This document shows, piece by piece, positions 52,099 to 64,000 of a stretch of 64,000 bases of DNA (the first letter of the stretch is position 1; the number at the start of each line of letters is the position of its first letter). The DNA is taken from positions 1,178,001 to 1,242,000 of the forward strand of contig NW_019028980.1 in the NCBI RefSeq assembly GCF_002105155.1. The letters run 5' to 3'. Position numbers and translations under genes: made by a program. The notes under the pieces were generated by a model that made no database searches, was not told the DNA's origin, and saw only the letters and a list, made by a program, of their open reading frames with translations. The stretch comes from Lobosporangium transversale. Lineage: Eukaryota.

Positions 52099-54080
52099 CC
52101 TTTTTTGACAAAGGGTGTATAGTTGTCGTGTTTAATAGAAAATGGCGAAGCGATGCTTGAGATGAAAACACTTGCTCAGTCGCCACAGCTTTCCTGCGAT
52201 CCAAGACTCTTCTGACAGATATGAGACGAGGTATAGATGTATTAATGGAAAAATAAAAATTGAGAATACATGTGGCACACCAAGATTCATTTCGGTGGAG
52301 GGGGGGCTAAGTTCAAAATGACGCAGTAACATTCAACTTTATTGAACAAAAGAAAAAAAAAAAAAAAAAAAAAAAGTCCATTAACATGTATTTATTTACA
52401 AGCCGCGGAAGAAGAGCTGCGGCAGAGTCATACTTTAAATATGAATACACTGTGTATATACACATGAACTCGGTTACATCCACCTTCGGATCACAGTCCA
52501 TTTATGGGAGAGGAGCTGTGCAGTTGTTGTGCCATCCGTTTCATGAAGAAGCAAAAAATAAAAAAAGAGGAAGGAGAAAGACTATGTAGGTGATTCTTAT
52601 TGACAAAGAGAATAAAGTAGTGAATCGATATTGGAGAGAACTCGGGGTGAATGAGGAATACGGAGGATCATAAGAAGGAGGTACGCTCGATCAATTATCA
52701 TTCTACGCATTTCTTCTATTCATGATCCCAACAGTCTGCATCTTTTTACTTTAACAATGGAGTATGAGATGAATGAATGGAAAAAGTATTTTCAATTCTC
52801 TGTCTACCTACCTGTCCTTCTCCTTCTCCTATCTATCTGTCTGCTTGTCTGGTTGTGTGTATGCATGCATGTCAGTCTGTCGACCGTGAGCACCGCAGGC
52901 TGTAATGGATAAATGCCTCGTGGGGAGAAGAGAGAGAGAGACGGATAGAACGACAGATAAGTTAAATAAATTAAGTTGTCAGTTGATGAATTGTAATGCC
53001 AATTGACTTTAGTTCTTAAAGATTGAATTGGACAGAATACCCTCCAAAATGCTTAAATACCTCAACTCCGCACTCTTTTTTCACACTCTTTTTTCTTTTC
53101 TTTTCTTGTTTCATTACAGCACTAACAACCACTCTTTGTATCCATTGTTAAACTATCAGTCTTTTTTCTTTTCTTTTTCTTCTTCCTCCTCATTCTTTCT
53201 CTCTCTCTCTCTCCCTCTCCCTCTCTTTCCTCATTCCCTCCATCTGTCCATTCGCTTCCTCCATCCATTCCTCCTTTCCTTTTTCTAATCCCTTTCTCTT
53301 CTCTTCTCTTCTCTTCTCTTTTTCTTTTTTGTTTGATTTGCATTCCCTGTTATTTTCACCTGATCGCACCTCTGTTTGTTTTTTATTTATTTATTCTTCT
53401 CGCAGTCTCTTTACTTTTTCACAAAGAAAAGAAAGCCTATTACGCCACCAACTAGACACGCTTCATTGACACGCTATTTACTGCCAACTCACAGGTGCCG
53501 TGCCTGGACCTATCCGTCGGTTACCACCGTGTGCTCTCCTTCTCTCGGATATCACGCTCTTTTTTTTTTTTTTTTTTTGTTGCGTGTGAAACCGGTTCCT
53601 CTCTATTGGAACGGCCCTGTGTATTTCCTTTATTATTCCTTAACCTTTAAACCCTTTAAAGCATCATTTGCACTTTTGCAAAAGAAACACGTCACCCGAG
53701 ACATATTCCAGTGAGGGCTGTTTCTTTGACCTCCTTCTTTGATTGTGATCATTGTGTATTTTGTATTGTCATCCACATACCTCTGTTTGTTGTACATTTG
53801 TTTTTCTTTTTCTCTCTTCCGGTTTCCCTTTTTCTCTTTCCTTTGCTCTTTTTTTTATCCCGTCTCCCTTGACTCTGTGCAACCACACATCCGGGGGTGT
53901 GCATGCTCTCTTTCTTTTCTTCTTTTTAGATTTCCAAAAGTCCAATTTCAGGCTCAGCCATCCTCTCTCCTCTAATTGCTCTCACACATACCCGGTTTCT
54001 TTTGCTCCCCAACACCATTTTTCTTTTTTGATTAAAAGGAGAAGCACCGCCCGCTTTTTTTTTTTTTTTTTGCCACCACA

Positions 54081-54119
<39 letters not shown>

Positions 54120-54254
54120 TTTCTCTTTCCTCTTCTTCATAACTTCTTCCCACCTGCTGTAGCCACATTTGTCTGGCGTCAGTTTATTCCCTATTTCTTT
54201 TTTGCTTCTTCAATTTTGTTAAAGAATATATATATATAATTCAACTCTCAAGCC

Positions 54255-56245
54255 ATGCCATTGCAGGTCTTTGAGTTCCATGCCGACAGCACCGTCAGTT
54301 TAGCCAGTCCAGCTGCCATAAACCGAAAGAGTTGCGACCACTGCTTCCTAAACAGAAAGACATGCGACAAGGTTCGTCAAGATGCCGACTTGGGCGAAAA
54401 ATGCAAGCGCTGTGCAAAGGACAACCGTCCCTGCACTTTTACGCCTACGGTCCATCTTTACCATATTGCAGATTGCGTCGGACGTCACCAATGTAGAGCC
54501 AAGGTCATCCAGGCCATGGGAGGCCGCAAGAAGGAAGTTCAGTTCAAGACAATCGAGATCCCAATTGTCTGTGATATGGACAACCTTGTGGACCAAGCAT
54601 TGTTTGAATTTATCCAGAAGCAGCCAAATCTGTTGGTCTACAACAATAGGATCAAATCTATGCTTGCAGAAGAGGTATGTATTGAAAAAAAAAAAAAAAA
54701 AGCTAATGTGAATATGCTTTAAAAAAAAATTTTTTTTAACGCTTCATTCATTTTGAACGTAAAATAGATTTTAGGCATCCCTCGTGATCACGATGCCATT
54801 AACCCTACAGATCCATTTTCACAAGGGCTTCCAGTCTATGTAAGTTACCTTCAAGTCCTAGTATGCTATGAATGCCATTGGAAATATCAATACCTGTGCT
54901 AACTCTCCTCTCCTCTACTCTTTTACGGATTCATGTCTAATAGTCACCAGCACAACCGGTATCGCCATACAGTAGTAGCAGCTTTACCAGCCCTATGACA
55001 GCACCTATCCAAGTCTCGACCAACTACAACATCATGTCGCCATACGATCCTCAGCAATCATACCAGGCCGTGCAGCCATCCGTCCATCAGCAACAGCAGC
55101 AGTCATATCGTGCTCATCCTTATGCCAGTCACCAAAGAAACAACTCTGAAGATCGTGGTCGCCCCTCACCTCGGTCACACAGTCCTCGTGCCCCTACTGG
55201 TCGGCAATCTCACTCGCCCGTGGGCCGTGTAAGCCCCTTACCTAGCCCTAATGCGCTCTCGCCCATCGATCCTTCTTCGGCTGTAGGCGTCAACGTCATT
55301 AATTCTATGAATTTTGATCAGAGACGCCTGTCTGGAAATATGACTTCTGCACCTACAGCTGCATTAATCTCTGCTATGGATCCCTATAGTAGCATTTACC
55401 AGCCACAACAGCCACAGGTTCAGCAGCAGCAGCAACAGCAGGTCTCGAATCCTTACCAGCAGGCATCCCAGTATCATCCTTATGCTCAGCAATCGCCTTA
55501 TCCCCAGGCAGCTTTTTTTCATCAGCCCCAAGCTCAGCTACCTCAGCAACAGCAGCAGCATCAGCAACAACAAATGGGTAGTTACCGCAACCCAAGCCCA
55601 ATCCCAAGTCCTTTAGCTCCAAGCCCTATCCAAAGCCAAGGTAGTCCTCAACCTCCCAGCCCGCTGGAGTTGTCTCTCTCTCTGAACACCAACTTTGGGA
55701 TGCTTAGCAACAATTTAAGTGCACAGAATCTTCCTAGTTTATTTGATCAGACTTTGACGATGGGCCAACCATCTCAACAACAGCAACAACAACAGCTTCA
55801 GCAGCCTTCCTTTCATCACCAGGAGCTCTCCAATAACACAGGGAGTTCTATCTCAGTGTCGGGAGCCTCCCCTGCTCTGACCAATCTCAACCAGATCAAC
55901 CAGGGAAACGAGGAATCCCCACTCGCGACTGAGGGCCGTGATCCAGCACCATTGGTGGTCACGACTGTGAAAGAGGAGGGTCGCGAAGTGGGGCTTTACT
56001 ATGCCATTCCCAAGGTCAATCTGAACCCTGGAGCCAGCGAGTCGGACCTTTTCCAGGACTTTAATATGCGGGATGCTTTGGGTGAGGATTTTGTCTGGGT
56101 TCAGAACTTGTTTGATGGAGAGGATCAATCTAGCTCTAATATATCAACTGTTCAATCTGTAACAGGGACTTCTGGGGTGCCAACAGGTTCAGCAGCCGGC
56201 CTCATGAACCACTATGCTCCACAAGACACGTTTGGTCAGCACTAG
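54255..56245 (+). CDS. Zn(II)2Cys6 transcription factor with Q/P/S-rich region and acidic C-terminal tail; exons 54255-54674, 54768-54839, 54944-56245
   Basis: RKSCDHCFLNRKTCD-x11-CKRCAKDNRPC; splice sites join in frame. Confidence 0.85.
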
Positions 56246-56709
56246 GGCCAGTTGAACACCTTGGTTCTTTTATTTTTGGTTCTTCTTATAATATTATTAG
56301 TTTTTGTAAATAGTTTTTTTCATAGATTATCGCGTTGTGTTTAATAACTCGCCTTTTTTCTTTTATATCTCTCTCTTTCTTTCTTTTTTTTTTTGTAAAT
56401 ATCTTTCTCCAAAGATACAAAAAAAAAAAAAAATTAAAACAAAAAACATGTATTTGTAAAAAAAAAGAGAAAAATGTCACTGGACGCCTTGACGCGCTTT
56501 GCCAACTTGCCAACACCCAAATTCCAAGTCACGTTCACAAACGTGTGGGAAAAGAATAAGCGTTGCCCATTCTACCATTCTTTTTTTTTTTTCTCATTCC
56601 TTCTTTGCCAAACAAACTTTTCCTCTCACTTTCCTTTTTCTTTGGACAATAGTAGAAACTATTTTTAATAAGATTGAGGAGGATACAAAGTTATATATTG
56701 ATATATAAA

Positions 56710-58270
56710 ATGGAGATAAACCGTCCGTTGTTGATGATTGAAGGGCCCAAGTTCTCCGGTTATGACTTTTCGCCATCCAGAGTGATGGCAGCAGATATGC
56801 CACAGGCTGTGTGGACATCTTCATTACCACCATCATCGACGTCAGCAACTGTAACTACAGGGGAGCCGTTCATAATTCATGGACGACGTATAGTGCTCCT
56901 TGATAAGCAAGATAAGCAAGATAAGCAGGATAAGCATGATAAGCAGGATAAGCAGGATAAACAAGATAAGCAAGAAGAAACAGACAATGAGATCGCTTCT
57001 ATTGTTGCTTATATTGACCGTGTCCACGACCCATCCGGTCCGCCATACGAAGAATCACCAGAAGAGCTTGCCCTCATCTGTGAGTATATTGACCGGGTTC
57101 ACCAAGTTGAACAAGAGCGTGATACTCTGGCCTCTCTAAAGAATTCCCAAGCTCAAGATCAAGCCCAAGCCCAAGACCAAAAAGAACAATTAAATAAACA
57201 AGAGGAGATACTGTCACATACTGCTGGCACTGCAAAATCAGTTTGGGATTGTGTAAGTAAAGTGTTATTTTTTTATTTTTTTTATATTTTAATCTTGTCA
57301 ATTAGTGAAGCCTGTATCTACTAATAAAAAAAATAATAAAAAAAAAAATTAATAGAGTATTATTCTTAGCAAGTATCTGGAAGCTCTTTCAGATCGGTAT
57401 CCAGGGTTCTGGTCCGGCAAACGAGTGTTGGAACTGGTATTTCTTTATAAAATTGATCTGCAGAATTGGATTTTATTTTATTTTATTTTATTTTATTTTT
57501 TTAATTGAAAGCGAAGGTAATAGGACACTAACGATCACGCGTTTTTATTGTTTCCTTTTTAGGGCGCAGGACAGGGCATTGTATCATTTAGTGCTGCGGC
57601 ATTGGGTACAGAGCAAGTGGTTATTACTGATGTGGATTCAGCCCTTCCAGACCTTCAAAAGAATGTTCAACTGAATGGGTTCTCACCTTCACAAGTTCAA
57701 GTCACGGCACTTGATTGGACGAATCGTACACAGGCTCTGGATTACATCTGGAATGCTTTACTCGTACCAACTACAGCAACGACAACGAGAACAACGCCTG
57801 CTGAACCAGGACCAGAACAAAGACAAGGAACAGAGAATGAAGAGAAAACGCTGCAGAAACAATCACGACCACGATTAGACTATATTTTAGCATCCGATGT
57901 GATATGGGTTGATTACTTGATTCCAGCATTAGTGGAAACATTGAGTGATTTGTTGCAGGCATCTAGAGATAGGAGAGACGATAGTAATATGGTTGATGGG
58001 AACATGGACTATACACAAAAGCAACATCACCAGCAACAAACATCATGGAGCCATGAATCTTCATCTACAGTTGTGCTGCTAGCATATCAGTTCCGATCGA
58101 CAAGGAGTGACAAGCTTTTATTTGATTCGATCGATCGATTGGGGCTACAACGAAAGAAACTTTGTCTAGATGTATCATCTTCATCCTCTGTTGAGGACCC
58201 AGATGCTGTTTATTTGGATCCAAAGTTCCAACGACCTAATCTTGCCATCTGGAAGATTTGGAAAGATTAA
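56710..58270 (+). CDS. SAM-dependent protein lysine methyltransferase-like (Methyltransf_16 / METTL21 family); 3 exons
   Basis: GTAKSVWDC|SIILSKYL..GKRVLEL|GAGQG..VVITD..NVQLN..ALDW..ILASDVIW..LLAYQFRS. Confidence 0.85.
56901..56975. repeat. 9-nt coding repeat (gataagcar)n, DKQ
   Basis: Directly visible. Confidence 0.85.
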
Positions 58271-58769
58271 AAAAGAATAAACGAATTGTTGAATAGACGA
58301 ATGGACAAGAAAGGCGTTTGTCCTTGATTGACTGTTTGTATTTATAGTTTTTTTATTTTTTATTTTTTTTATTTTTTTTTTTTTTTATTTGTACATGTAC
58401 AGTAAAGTACAATCAAAGGGAATAAAGAAAAGGAAAGAAAAGGAAAGAAAAGAAAGAAGAGAAAAGAAAGAAAAAGAAAAAGAAAAGAAAAAGAAAAGAA
58501 AAGAAAAGAAAAGAAAAGATATAAAGAGTGTGCTTAAACAAATATCACGACACTCTGCCCAAACATCCTGATGAACGTTTGCAAAAAAAATAATAGCAAT
58601 CATCTAAAAAAAAAAAAAAACAAAAAAAAACAAAAATGATATTCCCTTGTCAAAAGACATGGGAAAAATAATGGGCGATTTTTTTTTTCTTTTTCTTCTT
58701 TTTCTTTTTCCCTTTTTCTTTTTTTTCTTTTTTCTTTTTCTTCTTTCTCATCTTTGTTCTTCCTTTCCC

Positions 58770-59849
58770 TTATGCCTGACCACCTCCTCTTCCCCGCCCT
58801 CTCATACCACCTCCACGTCCACCACGGTCGTTGTTGTAACCACCCCGTCCACCACCAGATTTGTAATCGCCACGTCCCCCACGACCGCCTCCACGACCAC
58901 CACGGTCACTGCCTCCATGATGATGACCTCCACGCTGGTTATCGCCTCCAGCGTGTCCTGCACCTCCACGATTGCTGTTGCGTCCACTGGCCAGACGTTG
59001 TCTGTTGGCTTCTTCCTTGACCATGTCAATGATCTCATCGGGAACACGAAGATATTTGATCTAGAATCATAAAATGTATAAAATATGATTTCAATATCCT
59101 TAATTCTTTTTAAAATCTCCCATGCGATATAATTCTTTTTTCCCTTTTTTCCTTTTTTCCTGAAATGATGAATCCTTACAGTGCTTCCTCTGATATAACA
59201 TTCAGTCAAACGCCAAAAGCGATCGCCGTCCTAAACATAAGGAATTGGAATAAAGATGGGACGTTATTAAACAAAGAAAAAAAAAAAGTGTTCATAAACG
59301 TTTGTCAGCGCAGATGAGAAAAAATACTCCTGATCCCAACGAGACGAGTTTGTCAAGCCCTCAACTACAGCGCCTTTTTTTTTTTTTTTTTATTTTTATT
59401 TTTTTTTTCTCGCGTTTTCCCAGATGGTCGTTCTGCATTGACTTTGATCCTTTGGAGGATATATACATGTACATATATATATATTCTTATTCTTTCCATA
59501 CAGATGAGTTCAATGTCCAGTATTTTTTTTTTTTTTTTTTTTTCCTATTTCGATCCTGATATTTTGCCTTTTAGATGATATTCTGAATCCTTTTAAATTG
59601 TCGGTGTCTCCTTTCGCCTTTGATCCTTGGGTAAAGAATATGTTATCCTTTTTTTTTTTTTTTTTTTAATTTCAGCTTCGGCTTACCGAGGATGTCTGGA
59701 TAACTTCTCTTAATGTCAGGTTCATCCAGTTATCACAGTTGACTAAATGGCCATTGAAAGTTTCGCCATTCTTCAGTTCCACCAACTAGAGAAGGAAAAA
59801 AAAAAAAAAAAAAAGATATATAGATCGCGTCAAGATCTCTTCCATTGTT

Positions 59850-59882
<33 letters not shown>

Positions 59883-60175
59883 CGTTCCAGGTGAAAAAAA
59901 TAAAAAAATAAAACAGCTTCCAGCGTTCTTGTATATTGTCTCTGCTTACTATAGGATGGGTCTGAGAGGTGTTCAACAGGGATAAAGGCAACTAAAAAGA
60001 AAAAGAAGACATTAATGAGAATGAGGACATTAGTCTTGCTTTTTTCCATGTTCATTAAAAAAAAAGAGAGATCATGTTGTTTGTCCATGCTTTATTTGAA
60101 TCATGTTCCTTGTTTAGTCTATGTATTAAGGTTGCAAGAGCTAAAAGTTTTTGCAGGTAAGCGTTATATTACCAT
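58770..60175 (-). CDS. LSM4: U6 snRNA-associated Sm-like protein LSm4 with RGG tail; 5 exons, the first coding exon being the ATG alone
   Basis: Spliced [80 protein letters not shown] repeats. Confidence 0.95.
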
Positions 60176-60967
60176 TGCATTGGTCTATTATCCGAGAGAT
60201 GTAGAGAGGAAATGAAGGAAATGAGTGTTTTTTTTGTGGGATTAAAAGAGGTTGAAATAGTACATGGCGAATACCAACAAGGGGTTGAAAAAAAAACGTC
60301 ATGTTGCAGGGTTATAACGGATGGATATAACGACAATTGATTATTTGCTGTTTGATCCAGCCCAGCTTGGTCCCAATACATCGAAAAAAAAAAATAAAAA
60401 GGATATAGGAATATCATATTGTTTGTCAGAAACGATGCCTAGCTTTGTCAAATAGCTGACAGGAAGCGTTCTTCGTTCTTTACCTTTTTCTTGCGATATA
60501 CATCCATGTACCCTGCTGTATATCAGTTGTCTGTAGATGACTGAAAGATGAGTCGAGTCATATCCCTAGAAAAAAAAAAAAAAAAAAAAAATGAGCCATT
60601 TGTCTGCACCAACCAAAAAAAAGAGGCCAACAGGCAAAGAGATTGATTTTTTTTATCTGTTTTATCTAAACGTTCGCTTCATATCCCTCAGACATTACAT
60701 GTTCATGTTCATGTACATGTACATGTAACATGTACAGTACATGCCAGTGAAGAATAAAACAACTCTTCTCTTGTTTTCTTTCTTTTTTCTTTCTTCTTTT
60801 CCTTCTTCTTTCCTTATCCTTCTTCTTCTCAACAATCGATCACACATCCACCACAGATATAAGCACATAGAGATACCCATATAAAACAATATTATAGAGG
60901 TGATAAACAGCTTGAGCAGCAAATCAATCAATTACTAGAACGACAGCGACATCTTATATATCCAACA

Positions 60968-61993
60968 ATGACTCAACAAGAACAACATCAAGCAAGACTC
61001 GCTTTCATCGGAGGAGGCAACATGGCTGAAGCCATCTTGGGCGGTCTTCTCGCCTGTGGATACCCTCTCTCTCAATGTGTGGTCACAGAGCCAATCCAAG
61101 CTCGGTGTGAATTCCTCCAGACCAAATACCCTGGTCTCCAAACCCTTTCAGGTCCTCAAGCCAACAGATTGGCTGTCACCGGTTCTCAATCAACTAAAGC
61201 AACTGCTGATCTGATCAAGGAAGGATCCATTCAGGTCAACCCTACAACCGCTTCTGCCGATTTCGCTCCTGCAGAGGTCGTCATCTTGGCAGTGAAGCCC
61301 CAGATCCTTCGATCAGTAGTCGTGGACATCGCCCCCGCATTGTTGGCTCGTCAGCCTTTGGTCATCTCAATCGCTGCTGGTATCGAGACAAGTGCGATCG
61401 CACGATTCATGGCTGAGGGCTCATCATCATCTGGAGCAACTTCAGACGCAACCGTAACAGAAGAATCAGGATACAAAAATACAAAGAAACAGCTTCCTCC
61501 AGTCATTAGAGTCATGCCCAATACCCCCGCATTGGTCCTCGAGGGTGCAGCAGGGATGTATGCAACGGCTGATGCGACTGTAGAACATCGTCGGGTTGCG
61601 GAATCGTTGATGGGAGCTGTGTCGAAGCAAGTTTCCTGGGTCGAATCCGAATCCTTGATCGACACCGTGACCGGGATCTCTGGATCTGGACCCGCATATT
61701 TCTTTTTGATGATGGAGGCCATGGAGGAAGCCGGTGTAGCTCTGGGAATGGATCGTGAGACTGCCAAGGCTTTGACGATTCAAACTTGTTTGGGTGCTGC
61801 AAAGATGGCTCAGCTCAGTGAGGACGATCTCAAGACCTTGCGGGTCAAGGTCACATCGCCTCAGGGTACAACCGATGCAGCCATCAAGGCTTTTGAGGCC
61901 GGTGGATTCCGGGATTTGGTCCAAAAGGGTGTCACTGCTGCCGATGCCAGAAGTCGTACCCTCGCCAAGGAATTGGGAGGATCAAAGTTGTAG
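60968..61993 (+). CDS. PRO3: Pyrroline-5-carboxylate reductase (intronless), ending in SKL
   Basis: FIGGGNMAEAI, LAVKPQ, ISIAAGI, RVMPNTP, SGSGPAY, VTSPQGTT. Confidence 0.97.
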   Translation: MTQQEQHQARLAFIGGGNMAEAILGGLLACGYPLSQCVVTEPIQARCEFLQTKYPGLQTLSGPQANRLAVTGSQSTKATADLIKEGSIQVNPTTASADFAPAEVVILAVKPQILRSVVVDIAPALLARQPLVISIAAGIETSAIARFMAEGSSSSGATSDATVTEESGYKNTKKQLPPVIRVMPNTPALVLEGAAGMYATADATVEHRRVAESLMGAVSKQVSWVESESLIDTVTGISGSGPAYFFLMMEAMEEAGVALGMDRETAKALTIQTCLGAAKMAQLSEDDLKTLRVKVTSPQGTTDAAIKAFEAGGFRDLVQKGVTAADARSRTLAKELGGSKL

Positions 61994-62358
61994 ATTAAAC
62001 AAGGGAGACCTGCCCATTTTTTTTTTTTTTTTACTCATCTCCCTCCCATTTTTTTCGCTGTGTCGATCATGATTGTTTTTTTTTTTTTGTAATATAAAAT
62101 TTCCGGTTCTGATTGTCCCGGTTCATAATCGTGCAGGATGCATTTGTTTGTGACTCATTTTAGTTTTTGTGCTCACTCACTTGGATCAACTGTCAAATCT
62201 TGTGCATTGTTCCCAATGGAGCAACATTCTTCAAACAGCACTTGTTACACGACTTTTTAATCAGACAAGGCACCAAAATACAGTATATTTTATGTATATA
62301 TACAATGAAATAGTTGTGTACATATTGATGTTGTCCATAAATATATATAATATATATT

Positions 62359-62921
62359 TTATTTCTTTTTGTTAGCCAACCTTGCAAGTTGTTCTTTCAA
62401 GATTGCCTGTGCCTCTTCTTCAATCACATACCGAGTGATTGTCTTCACATCCTCTTCTTCCGATGCTCTAAAGAGTTTCAAGAAATCCAATCGAATCACC
62501 CTCATGGTTTCAGCCTGAGCCCTTGGAGGGGCCTTGGATCGTCCTACCAAATACCGAACTACGAAATCATCCATCTCTTCCTGACTTTTGAAATCAATCT
62601 TGTCTAGCAATCCAATGGAATGAGCCTCTTGAACAGAGAGGATCCGACCTAATGGTAACAATCGTTCTGCATGACGACGACTTGTGATGGCACCGAAGAG
62701 CTCGACTAACCAATAGGGTACTGGAACACCGACAGAGACCTCATTCAAACCGATGGTGCCTGGTTTAGGGACCGAACCCATCATGAACCGATCTTGACAG
62801 GCCATCGCCAAGACACAACCGAGCCCTAAACTGTGACCATGCATCGAGGCTGCAGTATTGAGTCTGGAGCTGTAGATCACCTCAAACACTTTCCGGACTG
62901 TACGCCAGTAGTTACTGAAAC

Positions 62922-62954
<33 letters not shown>

Positions 62955-63251
62955 CCATTATAGAATATGTAACAAATCAAGAGATTTGATATTAGAATCT
63001 CTTTCACATCGTCGTCAAAAGGCATATATGAATGAGTTAATGTACTGCATACCTCTCAGGCCCTTTCAAGAACTCTTTGAAGTCAATACCAGCACAGAAA
63101 ATTGATTTGAGATCGCTCTTAAGCATCGCTGCACGAATTGATGGATCTTGCTCCATAGTTTCCCATTCCTAAATTGTAATCGTAAAAAAAAGATAAAGGA
63201 CATTCAGTATTTTTGCTCCGCAGAGAGACGGGAAATAAATAAAATATACAC

Positions 63252-63283
<32 letters not shown>

Positions 63284-63599
63284 GATACAATGTGTGTTTT
63301 ATGAAGTGGTACGCCTACTATAATCTTACCTTGATCAATTGTCTGGCAGTATCATGATTAAAAGCACTCTGGTGCAAGGTAACAATTGCGACTTCTGGAG
63401 AGGTTTCGTGCTTGGATATGGTGACGGGTGTTGGTGTTACTGCAGCGGTTGAGGAGCTAAATGAACGAGGCCAAATCAAGTCTGGGCGAGTCAAGTTGAT
63501 CCCGGTCCATTGCCAAATCTGTTTCTGTTGTTTTTGTATGACATGACGACGGGCCGAGGCTACAACTGTCCTTGCAAGGAATCCTGTGTGCTGCATCAT
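62359..63599 (-). CDS. ECI1: Enoyl-CoA delta isomerase (crotonase family), mitochondrial-type; 3 exons
   Basis: Arg/Ser-rich presequence; IFCAGIDF; GHSLGLGCVLAMACQDR; IGLNEVSVG. Confidence 0.8.
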
Positions 63600-64000
63600 T
63601 TGTAATGAGTGGAATGGAAAGTAATTTGAAAGGAATTGATGCAACAAAAAAGATCTATAAAATTATTGACACGCGTTTTGGATTGGTGAAATATTAAATA
63701 GCGCAGGATAAAATAGGACGCCAGAAATTCAGGAACTGATTAGAAATGCTCTCTGATATAGCCTGGCACGTATATATAAATGTATAGTAGTTATAAAACG
63801 CTGAACCAGAAACTATATCCTTGATTATGCCAGAGGGAACACAGAGCTTATTACTGGATACTTATGATGGTTTTTATTATAAAAAATGAAATGAAATATA
63901 GTACAATGGAAGGATAAGAGGTTCTCTCGCTCTCCGCTGGATCGGATCGACATGTATACTCTTCCCCATTATGGTGCTGCTCAGTTCTATTGATACTATC

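Noticed and set aside
45435..54170. Many short polyK/polyF ORFs in the ORF track
   Set aside because: Artefacts of poly(A)/poly(T) tracts with no coding signature.
59231..59687. Intronic snoRNA in the long LSM4 intron
   Set aside because: No convincing C/D or H/ACA box arrangement on the sense strand by eye.

Overview
Intron-rich fungal genomic DNA with GT-AG introns and abundant poly(dA:dT) tracts. Its style is consistent with an early-diverging Mucoromycota/Mortierellaceae fungus (inference, not a database result). About 17 protein-coding genes can be reconstructed: a partial gene at the left edge, IDI1, a small secreted beta/gamma-crystallin-like protein, a DUF4097-like membrane protein, SFH1 with a GATA finger, a hypothetical membrane protein, two tandem giant Cid1/TENT-family terminal nucleotidyltransferases, a SAM + ATRX/ARIP4-like SNF2 helicase, pyruvate kinase, a GDS/DxxH (SGNH/PC-esterase-like) membrane protein, a 3-TM hypothetical protein, a Zn2Cys6 transcription factor, a METTL21-like methyltransferase, LSM4, PRO3 and an enoyl-CoA isomerase. 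The most striking structure is a direct tandem duplication (~10.56-19.77 kb vs ~19.77-33.91 kb). The redundant copies of both neighbouring genes have collapsed into deleted remnants, while both ~1,700-aa nucleotidyltransferase genes stay intact. The two paralogs are identical over long patches, including introns, but differ in sharp islands at the catalytic loop and at the nucleotide-recognition motif (DPFLTRRN vs DPFLNTHN; Arg vs His at the Cid1 H336 position). This suggests a pair of RNA-tailing enzymes with diverged nucleotide specificity maintained against gene conversion. Other notable points are a canonical SKL peroxisomal signal on P5C reductase and possible multi-organelle targeting of IDI1. 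No tRNA, rRNA, CRISPR or recognisable transposase was seen.
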